The notes under the pieces were generated by a model. That model had not been told where the DNA came from, did not search any database, and saw nothing but the letters and a program-made list of their open reading frames with translations. The translations under genes and the position numbers were made by a program. DNA of 64,000 nt from Negaprion brevirostris (taxonomy: Eukaryota): positions 34,537,076-34,601,075 of the forward strand of contig JARDVH010000124.1 of NCBI GenBank assembly GCA_030324005.1, read 5' to 3'. Below, one piece after another: positions 1 to 10,940 of this stretch; position 1 is the stretch's first letter; every line of letters begins with the position of its first letter.

Positions 1-70
1 GTTTTTTTTTTAACTGGTCGGCGCAACATCGTGGGCCGAAGGGCCTGTTCTGCGCTGTAATGTTCTATAG
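1..70 (+). mobile_element. CR1/HER1 LINE 3' end
   Basis: GGGCCGAAGGGCCTGTTCTGCGCTGTAATGTTCTAT is the typical elasmobranch CR1 3' terminus. Confidence 0.75.
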
Positions 71-884
71 TTCAGAAAGGGAGACATTGTATGACAGACT
101 CATAATTTTATATACCTACTGATTTCACTGATCTCTCGTGCAGTCAGTGAGATATGGTTTGAACAAACGAGAGGCTTGAGAGCTGCTTGAAAAAATAAAA
201 AAGGAAAGGAAGGAGGATATAAAGAGAACTGTCTGTGGGGAGATGTCACAAAGAGCAAACTGGAGTGAGGCAGACTTATGGTGCAAAACAGAACTACAAA
301 CTGTTTTTAGCTGAAGAAATGGAATACTTAAGAATTCTGGAAGACTAGAACAGGATGTTGTTGTTCCCTTTGTGTCTTTCCTGTTGTTGATCAACTACAA
401 ATTTAATTTGGAGCCTGAAATTAACAAGACTGACATGTTAGTATTTCTACGTTGGATGATTGACCCCTGTAATTATCAGGTATAGGGAATGCCTAAATCC
501 TTCAAAGAGCTGAATGGGCTCAACGAAGCCTGATGCAGCTGGACAATGGATACAAATCTGAGAAGCTACACTCAACCTGTGTGCAAAGTCAATCAGAAAT
601 GTGGCAAAGAGTTTAACTTAGTAGGATGACCTCTAGTGCAACTGGATCCTATAAGAAATACTTCAGTTGCATGGTGTCCAGTTGGAGGAAAAAAGGGAGG
701 CCTATTAAAATATTTAACAGTAGATTTTCCTGCGAATAGCTCAACTGTGTTGTCCTGTATGTAACAGGAAACAACTGGCAATGTTCTCCCTCTTTCCAAA
801 ACAATTTGTTGCATTTTTTGATGGGAGCTGCTATTTAGTTAAAATGAAAACGAGATAATAGCTGTCGCATTACAAATTCTCATG

Positions 885-1222
885 GTACTGCATGATGGAG
901 CAGTGGTTAGCACTGATGCCTCACAGCATTAAGTTTGATTCCTGTCTTGGGTGACTGTGTGGAGCTTGCACATTCTCCCCATGTCTTCATGGGATTCCAC
1001 TGGGTGCCCTGGTTTCCTCCCACAGTCCAAAGATATGCAGGTTCAGTGGATTGGTCATGCTAAATTGCCAATCCACCTTAGTCTCCAAAGATGTGTAGGT
1101 TAGGAGTAAATATGCGGAGTTATGAAGATAAGGCCTGGTAAGATGCTCTGTCAGACAGAGTCAGTGTAGACTCAGTGGGCCAAATGGCCTCTTCCTGCAC
1201 CATGGTTATTCTATATTTCTAT
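885..1222 (+). mobile_element. HE1-type V-SINE, CR1-tailed (type a)
   Basis: tRNA-like head GCAGTGGTTAGCACTG..CCTCACAGC, V-domain GTGTGGAGCTTGCACATTCTCCCC..GGTTTCCTCCCACAGTCCAAAGA, CR1-like tail GGGCCAAATGGCCTCTTCCTGCAC..TTCTAT. Confidence 0.9.
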
Positions 1223-1387
1223 AATTGGCTTTGGGGAGCTAATTCATGAGGATGCAATAGGTTAATATTTACTGATATTTCAAGCTATGCTGCTTGATGT
1301 TAATTCACAAAGATTTATATTTATTTATGTTACTTATCTGGACAAAAGTAACCTGTTTTTGATACTTCTACTATATTGCAGTGAGGG

Positions 1388-1740
1388 GAGGCGGTGGCAT
1401 AGTAATATCGTCATTGGAGCTTGTAATCCTGAAACCAAGCGTACCGCTTTGGGGATCTGGGTTTGAATCCCACCACAGCAGATGGTAAAATTTGAAATCA
1501 ATAAAGAAAATCTGGAATGAGGATCTAATGATGACCAGCAAACCATTATCCATTGTTGTAAAACCGTTCTGGTTCACTGAAGTTCTCTGTCATCTATACT
1601 TGGTCTGGCAACATGTGACTCCAGACCCACAACTATGTGGTTGACTCTTAACTATCACTCAGTTCAAGGACAGTTAGAAATGGGTAACAAATGCAGCCTT
1701 GCCAGCAATGTCCATATCCAATGAAGGACTAAAGAAAATA
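1388..1740 (+). mobile_element. tRNA-headed SINE (Meta-domain-like body, LINE-derived GGGCAATTAGG-type tail)
   Basis: A/B-box-like head (GGTGGCATAGT..GGGTTTGAATCCC), body CTGGTTCACT..GGTCTGGCAACATGTGACTCCAGACCCACA..GTGGTTGACTCTTAACT, and a tail shared with LINE 3' ends elsewhere in the window. Confidence 0.8.
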
Positions 1741-1802
1741 AAGACCAGTTATGCCCCTGATTTACAGGCAACTTCAAGAGCTGAGAATACATATATTGCA
1801 TG

Positions 1803-2085
1803 TGGGTGGCACAGTGGTTAGCATTGCTGCCTCACAGTGTCAGGAGCCCAGGTTCAATTCTTGGCTTGGGTCATTCTCTGTTTGGAGTTTGCGCATTCTG
1901 CCCATGTTTGTGTGGGTTTCCTCCAGGTGCTCTGAAAGACGTGTTGGTTAGGTGCATTGGCCACACTAAATTCTCACTCCATGTACCTGAACAGGCGCTG
2001 GAGTGATGCGACTGGGGGATTTTCACAGTTAACCATGACAGTGTTAATGTAAGCCTACTTGTGACATTAATAAATGAACTTTAAA
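1803..2085 (+). mobile_element. HE1-type V-SINE with alternative tail (type b)
   Basis: HE1 head and V-domain followed by GGGATTTTCACAGT..GTGTTAATGTAAGCCTACTTGTGACATTAATAAAT. Confidence 0.88.
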
Positions 2086-2446
2086 ACATACTACTGAGCT
2101 TCAGTGGAATAGAATGGAAATGTTGTCCTTGTTGTCTGGGAGCTAATCTGAAAAGCAGATCACCCACAGAATAATAATTGAGCAGCTTGCATAGTGGATA
2201 GATGAAAGACTTTGCCAGATTATCATCTAAAATGGGGAAATGTAGTCTAGAACTCTCACGTGAAAAACCAGAGATATCAAGAAAACCACCTTTATCACTT
2301 TCCTAGTTGGATACCAGTTGATAAAGGCATAATGCTTTCAATATGGCAGGCATCTCAGGAATCTAGGGAATTATAGGTAGATTTGGGTGACTACTAGGGT
2401 GCCTGAAATTAAAAATAAATTAATAAATTAATAAATTTAGGGGTTG

Positions 2447-5035
2447 ACAGTGGCATTGTGGTAAGTCAATGGACTCATGTTCCAGAGGCCCAGGATAATG
2501 CTTTGGAGACATGGATTCAAATCCCATCATGGCAGCCTGTGAAATTTAAATTGAATTAATAAATCTGGAAATAAAAGCTAGTCTCTGTAATTGTGACCAT
2601 CAATGCCAATTGTGTGGAAAAACTCATCTGGGTCACTCACATCCTTTAAGGAATAAAATCTGCTGTCCTTACCTGGTCTGACCTATATATGACTCTGGAC
2701 CCACAGCCTGTGGTTGACTCTTAACTACCCTCACAAATGGATTAGGAAACCACTAAGTTGTAGCAGTTCCATTCCAAAGTTTAAAAAGAATGAAAGCAGA
2801 TGTTCCTCCTGATGTTGAATGACTTAAGCATCAGACACAATGACAGCACACTCAACCCTCCCAACCCTGCAAAGAACTCCTTAATAACATCTGTGGACTT
2901 GTGCAAATATTGGGAGAACTGTCCCACAAACTAGTTGAACAGCAGTCTGACATAGTCATAATCACAGCGTCATACTTTACAGACAGTGGGCTATCATTTC
3001 CTCAGAGTGGTCTTCTACACTGACTTACCTGCTCTTCTTAAGCATCTGTCTTGCCCAACATTCCTGACTGAGGCCAGGTGAAACTTGATTAGCAAAGCAG
3101 TAAATGTAAAAGGGTTGGGGTGAAGGAGGACAAATCCCCTTTTTACAGCACCGGCTGCCATAAAGCAGGTGAGTTTAAAGATCCCATTGACCAGGAGAAA
3201 GTAAGTTTCTAAGGCAAGTGAATGGTGTATGGGGGTGGGATTTGGACATTGGGAGGGGAAGATCCAGACATTGTGTGTTTGTGGGGGGAGTCAGATATGT
3301 AGAGTGGGGGTGGAGTCGGGAGTCGGTCTGCATGTTTAAAGTAATTACTCTGAAGAAGTGCCTCTCTTCCTTCTAATTCTTTCAGAGTAACTATGAGTGT
3401 AAAACTGGTAGAATCATCCAAAATCAGTGATTTAAATTGCTTTGTCAGATGCTTGCCAGTGCAGTGCAATTGTACAGGGGAAGTTGACCCTTCTAGAGAC
3501 AGGAACCAATNNNNNNNNNNNNNNNNNNNNNNNNNNNNNNNNNNNNNNNNNNNNNNNNNNNNNNNNNNNNNNNNNNNNNNNNNNNNNNNNNNNNNNNNNN
3601 NNNNNNNNNNNNNNNNNNNNNNNNNNNNNNNNNNNNNNNNNNNNNNNNNNNNNNNNNNNNNNNNNNNNNNNNNNNNNNNNNNNNNNNNNNNNNNNNNNNN
3701 NNNNNNNNNNNNNNNNNNNNNNNNNNNNNNNNNNNNNNNNNNNNNNNNNNNNNNNNNNNTCCTCCAAATTGAGCACCACTTTGAAGAAGTACTGAGGGTG
3801 GTAAGAGTGCAGAATTCACTGTGGGTGGGGGACTTCACTGTGTATCACCACCACTAACCGAGCTGGTTGCGTCCTAAAGGACATGCTGCTAGAGTGAGTC
3901 TGTGGCAGATGATGAGAAAGCCAGCAAGATCTCACCAATCTAGCTTTTGCAGATGCATCTATCCATGATGGTATTGGTAGGAGAGGTCAGTCCTTGCGGA
4001 GTCAAAGTCATGTCTTCACCTTGAAACTATGCACCATAATGTTATGTGGCACCACCACCCTGCTAAATGGGGTACATTTTAAAAAGATCTAGCAAGTCGA
4101 AACTTGGCATCCATGCTGTGGGCCATCCATTATCAGCAGAATTCTATACAACTACAATCTGTAACTTCATGGCCCTCATATTCCCCATTCTTTCATTACC
4201 ATCAAGCCATGGATCAATCCTGATTCAATGAAGCTTTCAGGAGCAACACCAGGTACACCTACAAATCAAATATTGAAGCAGTCTGTGACTCTGTGCAGCA
4301 AGACTTTGACAACATTGGGGTTGGATTGATAAGTAGCAAGTTACTTTTGTGCCACACAAGTGTCAGGCAATGACCATATCTAAAACAAGCAAATCCCAAC
4401 TACCTTCCATTGGCATTCAATGGCATAGCCCCACTGTCAATATAAGCCTCAAGTGGGCCAGCCATATATGTGCTGTAGCTACTAGAGCAGCAAATACCTC
4501 ATCTCCTGACACGTCAAAGCCTGTCCACTACCTATAAGGCACAAATCAGGATAATGATGGAGTTCTCTGTATTGTCTGGATGAGTACAGTTCTTGCAACA
4601 CTCGAGCTTGACATCATCCAGGATAAAGCAGGTTGTTTTATTGCTACTCCATCTACCAGCTTCATTATTTACTCCCTCCACCACTCTTGCACAGTGACAA
4701 CTGTGTATATCATCCACAAGGTGCACTGGAACAACTTACCACGGGTCCTTCAACAGCACCTCTGACCTCTATTACGAAGAAGGAAAAGGGCAGCAGATGC
4801 ATGGGAACATCATCAGCTGCAAGTTCCCTGTCCAAGCCACTCATCAGCCTGACTTGAAACTATATCATTGTTCCTTCGTTGTTGCTGGTTTGAAATCCTG
4901 GAACACTCATCCTAACAGCAGCATTTATATTTGCAGCAGTTTAAGAAGGTAGCTCACCACTGCCTTCTGAAGAGCAATTAGGGATGATAATACATGTTGG
5001 CCTAACCTGCGATAGTCACATCTCATGAAAGAGCA
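2447..5035 (+). mobile_element. Decayed CR1/L2-group LINE with tRNA-like 5' head, internally deleted
   Basis: SINE-like head at 2447-2760. APE N-terminus NNICGLVQILGELSHKLVEQQSDIVIIT at about 2880-2985 and QIEHHFEEVLRVVRVQNSLWVGDF at about 3760-3840. RT C-terminal remnants at 4280-4900 and 3' end GAGCAATTAGGGATG..CACATCTCATGAA. Confidence 0.8.
2988..3490. mobile_element. Non-autonomous DNA element (Harbinger/Tourist-like) inserted in the LINE
   Basis: Interrupts the APE coding remnant; imperfect inverted ends GGGCTATCATTTCC / GGGGAAGTTGACCC. Confidence 0.45.
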
Positions 5036-6024
5036 TGAAAAGTTGAAATATGCGCACCACTAGGAATAATGGAGTTTATATTAGCAGAATGGTGATTGGC
5101 TTCAGTAAAAACTTAAATGGTTAATTTCAATTGCAAACAGAAGAGGATTGACAGCAAACATACTGTAATTACTATTCAGTGGCTTGCCTAAGAAAGTTGA
5201 ATTCTGCAGTAGATGTTTGATTCATCATTCACATGCAGATTTAGCTGTATTGAGATGTGAATCTATATATGTTCAAATGCTAGCTTCGATTCTGTTGGGC
5301 ACAACAGTTGTTCTTGTTGCATTTGTTGGGTGCAATCTAAAACAAAATTAATAGTGGTAGCAAGAGACTGTCAAGGTGTACGCATTGAATAATCCTTGTT
5401 TATGGAAAAAAAATCAGGTTACAATTGTAAAGCTACAGTTAGTTGCACTGAAGTCTTTCTAATTAAGAATAAAATGGTCTATAAAATAGAAATGTGATTA
5501 TGGCATTTAGAAAATTGTTTGAATTTGCATAATCAACTTTACCAGTACAATTGTACATTTGGTATCATGCCCACGTTTTTCCATTAGCCACGTTTCACAG
5601 TCACACAGTAAAGTGCTGAGGAAACAGGCCTTTCAACTATCGCTTAGCCTTACAGTCAGTTTGATATTGATCCATGTGCATTTTGTGAATTAGCCAAAGG
5701 AAGTGGCTGCTTTCTCAAAGCATGTATCAAGTTCAACATCAAGGGTAACTTGTCACTGTCCAATGCAGCAGAATTTGCTAACCACTCCCAGCAGAGTGTT
5801 ATTTACTTGATCAGGGATAGAGATGCAATACCTTGTCTCATGGCCACTGTTCACACCTACAGTCGGGGGAATAAGTTACAGGTATGGGAGAGACAGTCCA
5901 TCAGTCTCTGTGGCTAAGTTGTCATTTGAGTGACTAGCACAGCAACATCAGTGTCGAACATTTTCCTGATCAGGAAACAGTGTATTTTTATCTTCACTTT
6001 CAGTCTTGATAGGTTTTGGAGATT

Positions 6025-6182
6025 CTTTTATTCCTGTCACAAGTAGACTTTCATTAACACATTACATTAATGAAGTTACTGTGAAAATCCCCTAGTCACC
6101 ACATTCTAGTACACTGAGGGAAAATTTAGGGATCCTGGCGCTGTGAGGCAGCAGTGCTAACCACTGTGCCACTGTGCCACCG
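6025..6182 (-). mobile_element. V-SINE type b, internally deleted
   Basis: Reverse tail TGTCACAAGTAGAC..GAAGTTACTGTGAAAATCCCCTAGTC joined directly to reverse head GGCGCTGTGAGGCAGCAGTGCTAACCACTGTGCC. Confidence 0.85.
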
Positions 6183-6184
6183 AC

Positions 6185-6689
6185 CGTGGAGCTTTCTGTC
6201 CGATTTAATATGCAACTCGCTTCGTATCTGTATGGAAGACAAAGGTCAGGAGCATGGAGAAGAAAATGCCAAGTTGGGTGGGGCCAGTGCTGTTTCACTC
6301 CATTCTTTATTCAGAAGCGCAGACATCAAACTGTATAGTGCAGTGAATATTGTTATAGAAGGAACAGATGAGACAGAAGAGGTTTGATGAACAATCAATG
6401 TTTCCTAAAATCTTGCAGAGTCCTGCTCTGCTGATGTTGTTGAATGACTTTGACAAAAGTAAGAGAAAACGATATACCCTGTTTCATACATCTCTCTTGT
6501 AGCTGGCATATGGCAAAGTCCATATGAACAATAGATCTCCTGACACAGCAGTCCCACAGCCTGTAAGCAGATGAAGTCTTTTAAGTAGGTCTGCCCCATG
6601 ACATTAAGGAGTGAAATGCCCCAGCAATTATTGTAGTCTCCACTGTCGCCTTTGTTTTTGTGTACTGTGAACATGACTGCCTGCCACAG
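6185..6689 (-). mobile_element. RTE-clade LINE reverse transcriptase fragment
   Basis: HKNKGDSGDYNNCWGISLLNVMG (cf. YKNKGDRSDCNNYRGISLLS), followed by NGVKQ..LAP..GIFFSMLL remnants. Confidence 0.85.
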
Positions 6690-7164
6690 NNNNNNNNNNT
6701 AATGAGGCCTAACACCAGCACTTAATACTGTCGCTAGAGTGATTGCTATCCACCAAACGTTTACCAGGAGGTGCTAATGCTGATATCGATTAAGCTTGAA
6801 TCTCAATGAAACTCAATCTGTGAAGCAGTAGAAACGTCATTTGGGAAAAGCAGCATGCATATTGTGCGATATTAACATTTAAGCTACATTTGAATGAAAT
6901 AAAATGTCTTTGAGCTCCAGTGTGTTACGCAGCAATCACATTTTATACATGAAATAAGACTCAAAATCTTTGTTTTATTATCAATTAACTCAGCTGAAAT
7001 ATGTGTTGGCTGGACAAGGATCCTGAACAGCTGGCTGGAGTTCCAAGTTTTATACAGTTTGGTGCAGTATGAAACCAAACGAATTAAATCCATAGGTAAA
7101 TAGATATAAAGATGTCAATATATTTAATTGTAGCTATCAGTACAGTATTTTACTTTAGAGATGT

Positions 7165-7325
7165 GGGAGTACCTATACCCTTATGTAATGCAGCAGTTTA
7201 AGAAGATGGCTCATCACTGCCTTCTGAAAGGCAATTAGGGACATCCTTTGTTGGAAGGGCAATTAGGGATGAGCAATATGTGCTGGCCTAACCAGTGATG
7301 ATCACATCTCATGAAAGAACATAAA
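7165..7325 (+). mobile_element. LINE 3' end (GGGCAATTAGGGATG family)
   Basis: GCAGCAGTTTAAGAAGATGGCTCATCACTGCCTTCT..GGGCAATTAGGGATGAGCAAT..CACATCTCATGAA. Confidence 0.85.
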
Positions 7326-7563
7326 ACGTCTAAATGTGAGTACTACTAGGAAAAGTGTTTATATAGTGGAATGATGATTGGCTTCAATAAAAATTTAAAT
7401 GGTTAATTTCAATTTCAAACAAAAGAGGAATCACACCAATTCAATTGCTTGAAGTTTGATTTAACCTCATGCAGTGCCATCCAAATTAGAATCAAAATTG
7501 TCTTAAAGAATTGACAAACATGTTTACACAGTTGTTATTCCTTTTCTGAAATTGAATATGATA

Positions 7564-7890
7564 ATGGGTGAGGAAAAGAAACCATCCATTTCCAAAAAGG
7601 GGCAGCAAGAAAGTCTAGAAGAAGTCACCAAGTAATGCAGCGAAAAGAGGAGGGGATCCAGGAGATAGAACTGCTTCATCTACATCTACAAAGCAATGAA
7701 GCAGTTTTGCCCCGATACGGGCATCTCGTGCAAGGCTATGAATATCGCGAGCCTATTCGCCAGTGATACTTCCGAGTGCACCACGGATAAGGCTTCTGGC
7801 CCACGATAACAACGTGATACCATCAGACCCTGCCGTGTGCCTGCTGCTGCCCGGGGAACTGACCAATCACGCCGTGTCGGGGGGAACGTG
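7564..7890 (+). pseudogene. H2B: Histone H2B pseudogene (stops, frameshifts, deletions)
   Basis: ATG at 7564: MGEEKKPSISKKG.. then [52 protein letters not shown]; the frame is broken and the C-terminus is missing. Confidence 0.9.
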
Positions 7891-7894
7891 CGCA

Positions 7895-8012
7895 GCCCCA
7901 CATGTAAAATTGCTGGCTGGGCAGGTGATGGGCGGGAGGGTGGCAGCAAGATCCTCTGGGGAATTTTACTGACCCCGCTGTCCATTGCGAGTGGACGGTG
8001 AAATTCTGCCCC
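7895..8012. mobile_element. MITE-like fragment truncating the H2B pseudogene
   Basis: GC-rich; ends in GTGAAATTCTGCCC like the other GGG..CCC-terminated elements in the window. Confidence 0.45.
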
Positions 8013-8376
8013 TGAAGGAGAATATTCCCAATTGGATTTTGTTCAGGTCTGTCCCAGTGCGTTGCTGCTGTGAGATTCACCTTGAGATTCACACGGGATT
8101 TACAAAACCATCCCTACATCCTCTCTCGTCACATTTTGTCCACTAAATCTTCACTAATCCTCGATATTTCCATTCCAGTTTACATGTGTCTGTTTCCATT
8201 CTGGTATCAGTCAGGTGAGCAAGTGGCCCTGGCAAATTTCTGTATCATTTTGACTCAGTTTGATGGATAGACCTGGNNNNNNNNNNNNNNNNNNNNNNNN
8301 NNNNNNNNNNNNNNNNNNNNNNNNNNNNNNNNNNNNNNNNNNNNNNNNNNNNNNNNNNNNNNNNNNNNNNNNNNNN

Positions 8377-8655
8377 ATAGAAAGTTATTCCATTTACATC
8401 TACAAAGTGAAGAAGCAGGTCCACCCTGCCACTGACAGCTCCTCAAAGGCCATGAGCATTGCGAACTTGTTCGTCAACAACATTTTCAAGCACATCGCAG
8501 GCAAGGTTTCCCACCTGGCCCATTACAAGAAGCGACAGACCATTAGCTCTCCGGAGATCCAGACTGCCATGTGCCTGCTGCTGCCTGGGGAACTGGTCAA
8601 GCAGGTTGTGTTGGAGGCAACGAAGGCGGTGACCAAATACACTAGCTCCAAGTAA
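8377..8655 (+). pseudogene. H2B: Diverged histone H2B copy, open frame, 5' part in an N-gap; probable pseudogene
   Basis: [91 protein letters not shown]. About 20 substitutions from canonical H2B, many of CpG-decay type; no histone 3' stem-loop seen after the stop. Confidence 0.9.
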
Positions 8656-8869
8656 AATCCACAATGTTCTTGGATGTTCGAGGTGTCTAATTTGGCTGCA
8701 AGTGCAGCTAGTTGCCTGCTAAATTCTGCACTATGCTTGACAGGGCACTCTACACCCAACCCCTAATGTCCATTGTCCAGAGATATTTGTTTCAGTGGAT
8801 TTCTAAATATTAATTTCTGAGATATCTTCGACTTGCTGCTTCCTCAACAGACCTCTTCAATAAGCAAAA

Positions 8870-8970
8870 TAGTGTGCATTCTGGAGATCTGAAATAAAAA
8901 CAGAAAATGTTGCAAATACGTTGGAGAAGATCTGGCAGCATCTGTGGTGAGAGAAACAGAGTTAAAAATA
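8870..8970 (-). mobile_element. Penelope-like pLTR fragment
   Basis: CTGGAGATCTGAAATAAAAACAGAAAATG..TCTGGCAGCATCTGTGG..AGAGAAACAGAGTTAA, same family as 54770-54890. Confidence 0.75.
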
Positions 8971-9180
8971 CGTGCTTTCTGGGCAAAAATCCTGAACAGC
9001 TTTGCTGGCTGGAGCTTCTGGTTTTACACAATTTTCCAGTTGTAGCAAACCAAACATGAATGAAATCCATATATATGTGTACATACAAAAATTACAACAT
9101 ATTTAGTTATAACCAACAACATAGAAATATGCATGAGATGGCAAGACGGAACTGATGGAAAGTTACCGACCTGAAATATT

Positions 9181-10940
9181 GGGTGGAATCTTGCCCATTT
9201 AGTTCTTGCCAGAACAACAGGATCATTTTTGTTTCAGGAATCTGACTTACTGATATGTGCCTTGAGGTTGTTCTTTCTTAGAGCAATCAAATTATCATTC
9301 CACCTCTGTGTGCCATGAAAGATCAGGAAGGGAAGGCAGGATGACAATCCATTCTGGAATGGACCACAGTATGGTTTAGTGTGACTCAACAGCACCTTGA
9401 TTTTTGAGGCTGCAGCAACCATAAGAATGGAGAGAGACCTTGGAAAGCATTTCTCCACAGTTTTTCATCTCATTGTGGGATATCATAGGATCATAGAATC
9501 CTTATAGTGCAAAAGGAAGCCATTTGGCCCACTGAGCCTGTAGTGTCAACAATCTCACCTCAGCCTTATCCGTTCAACCCCAAGTATTACCCCCACTATT
9601 CCCCCAACACTCGGGAAATTTAGCATGGCCAGTCAACCTGACCCACACATCATGGGTTTGCAGTGAGGTTTGCTGTCCCGTCAACAGAAGGAAAATGACA
9701 TTTTTTCTAACAGAGCAGCGTGGATGAATGTGACCAAGAATGTCAACTGCAGAAGGGGGCTCCCTCCAACCTGGAGGCAGTGGACCAAGAGTATTCTGTA
9801 CTTCAGAAAGGCATGGCAGTTGAGTGATGTAATACCACACACCGAATTTCATACTCTGATTTCTACACCTTTCTCACCTGCATATAGCACTCCACAGATC
9901 AACAATCTTGCCTCTCCACTCAGTCCTCTCTGCGTACACACTTCACATCCCATCTAAGGCACCAGCCTTTACAGTCACCTTCAGTCTATTGCTCTCGCAA
10001 CCATGCCTCACTTTCACACGCTAAGGTGTCTTCCGTCCTCTCCAGGCAGTCAATTACAAATACTCACATCTCTATGTTTTCTCTCTTTATAAGAGAAGAG
10101 CATACTCTACTCGGCAAGAGGAGAAACACTAGCTGTGGGAGTGAGTTGGAGAGGTGTCCCTCCAGTGATGGGCACCTTGCCAGCTGTTGACAACATGTAC
10201 CTGCCTTCTCCAAAAGGTAGGGGGGGTTCTTGATTTGAGATGATGCAGATGTCAGCAGAAACCTGCCATGAGAGCTTGAGCTTCCTGAGACACAGGTATT
10301 CAAACATATTGAGAGAGTTGATTCTCTCTGCCTGTGGACCTTGTGTCTTTCAGCTGGATCTTGGTGGCCATAACATCTACCCAATGAAGGGAAATGCAGC
10401 TTAGGAGCCCTTGGTATTGGTGTGGTCTTTGCTGCCCCTTTCCCTCAGTAGAGGTGGAAGGTGAAGCATTATAAACTGCTCCCATGCTATGTTGAGGTGA
10501 GTCACATATAAGACAGAGGAAATCACCTTCCAAGAAATTGGCAATCACCTGTCAAGCAGTGAAGATGCTCCCTGAGAGGAGTGCTTTGAATAGTAGTTTC
10601 TCGATGGCCATGATTGGTGTAACTCATCAAAGCCACCCCACCTTCCCTCCCATCAGTTTCACTGAGGAAGCAGCTTCCACTGCAGTGGGCACAAGGTGGA
10701 AACTATGCATAGTTGGAAAAGAAGGAATTCATGAATCACCTGAGTTGCTTTCCTGCCAGAACCACACGTGTTGTCCATGGATCTTCGAACCCAGGGAAGC
10801 AGGAAGAGGGCAAGGCTACATTGATACCTCAGCCTGGGGTCTTAGTCTGGGGCTTTCCTATCCTGTGAAAACTGGACTCTGCTTCTACTCGGCTCTTGTT
10901 TCACTCTTCAAAGCTGTTTACTGGACCTGCTGATTATTTC
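9181..10940 (+). mobile_element. Decayed PIF/Harbinger element, Myb/SANT (trihelix) gene remnant
   Basis: TIR-like GGGTGGAATCTT at 9181; AAWMNVTKNVNCRRGLPPTWRQWTK at about 9715-9790 fits the trihelix W..VA..VN......RTW.QC.K pattern. Right boundary uncertain. Confidence 0.6.
9484..9655 (-). mobile_element. HE1 V-SINE 3' half (type a)
   Basis: CATAGAATCCTTATAGTGCAAAAGGAAGCCATTTGGCCCA..AATTTAGCATGGCCA. Confidence 0.85.

Noticed and set aside
140-830. Purine-rich coding-looking stretch (ELLEKIKKERKEDIKR..)
   Set aside because: Stops in all frames and no family recognised.
885-960. tRNA-like A/B boxes here and in other SINE heads
   Set aside because: They are SINE promoters, not tRNA genes; no cloverleaf.
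3209-3857. Long ORFs spanning N-runs (also about 11600, 12700, 29800, 41640, 46400, 63570)
   Set aside because: Their length comes from X codons in assembly gaps.
5648-5915. About 90-codon open stretch with an internal CAG|GTATGG
   Set aside because: Poor acceptor and unrecognised peptide; length is within random expectation for 64 kb.
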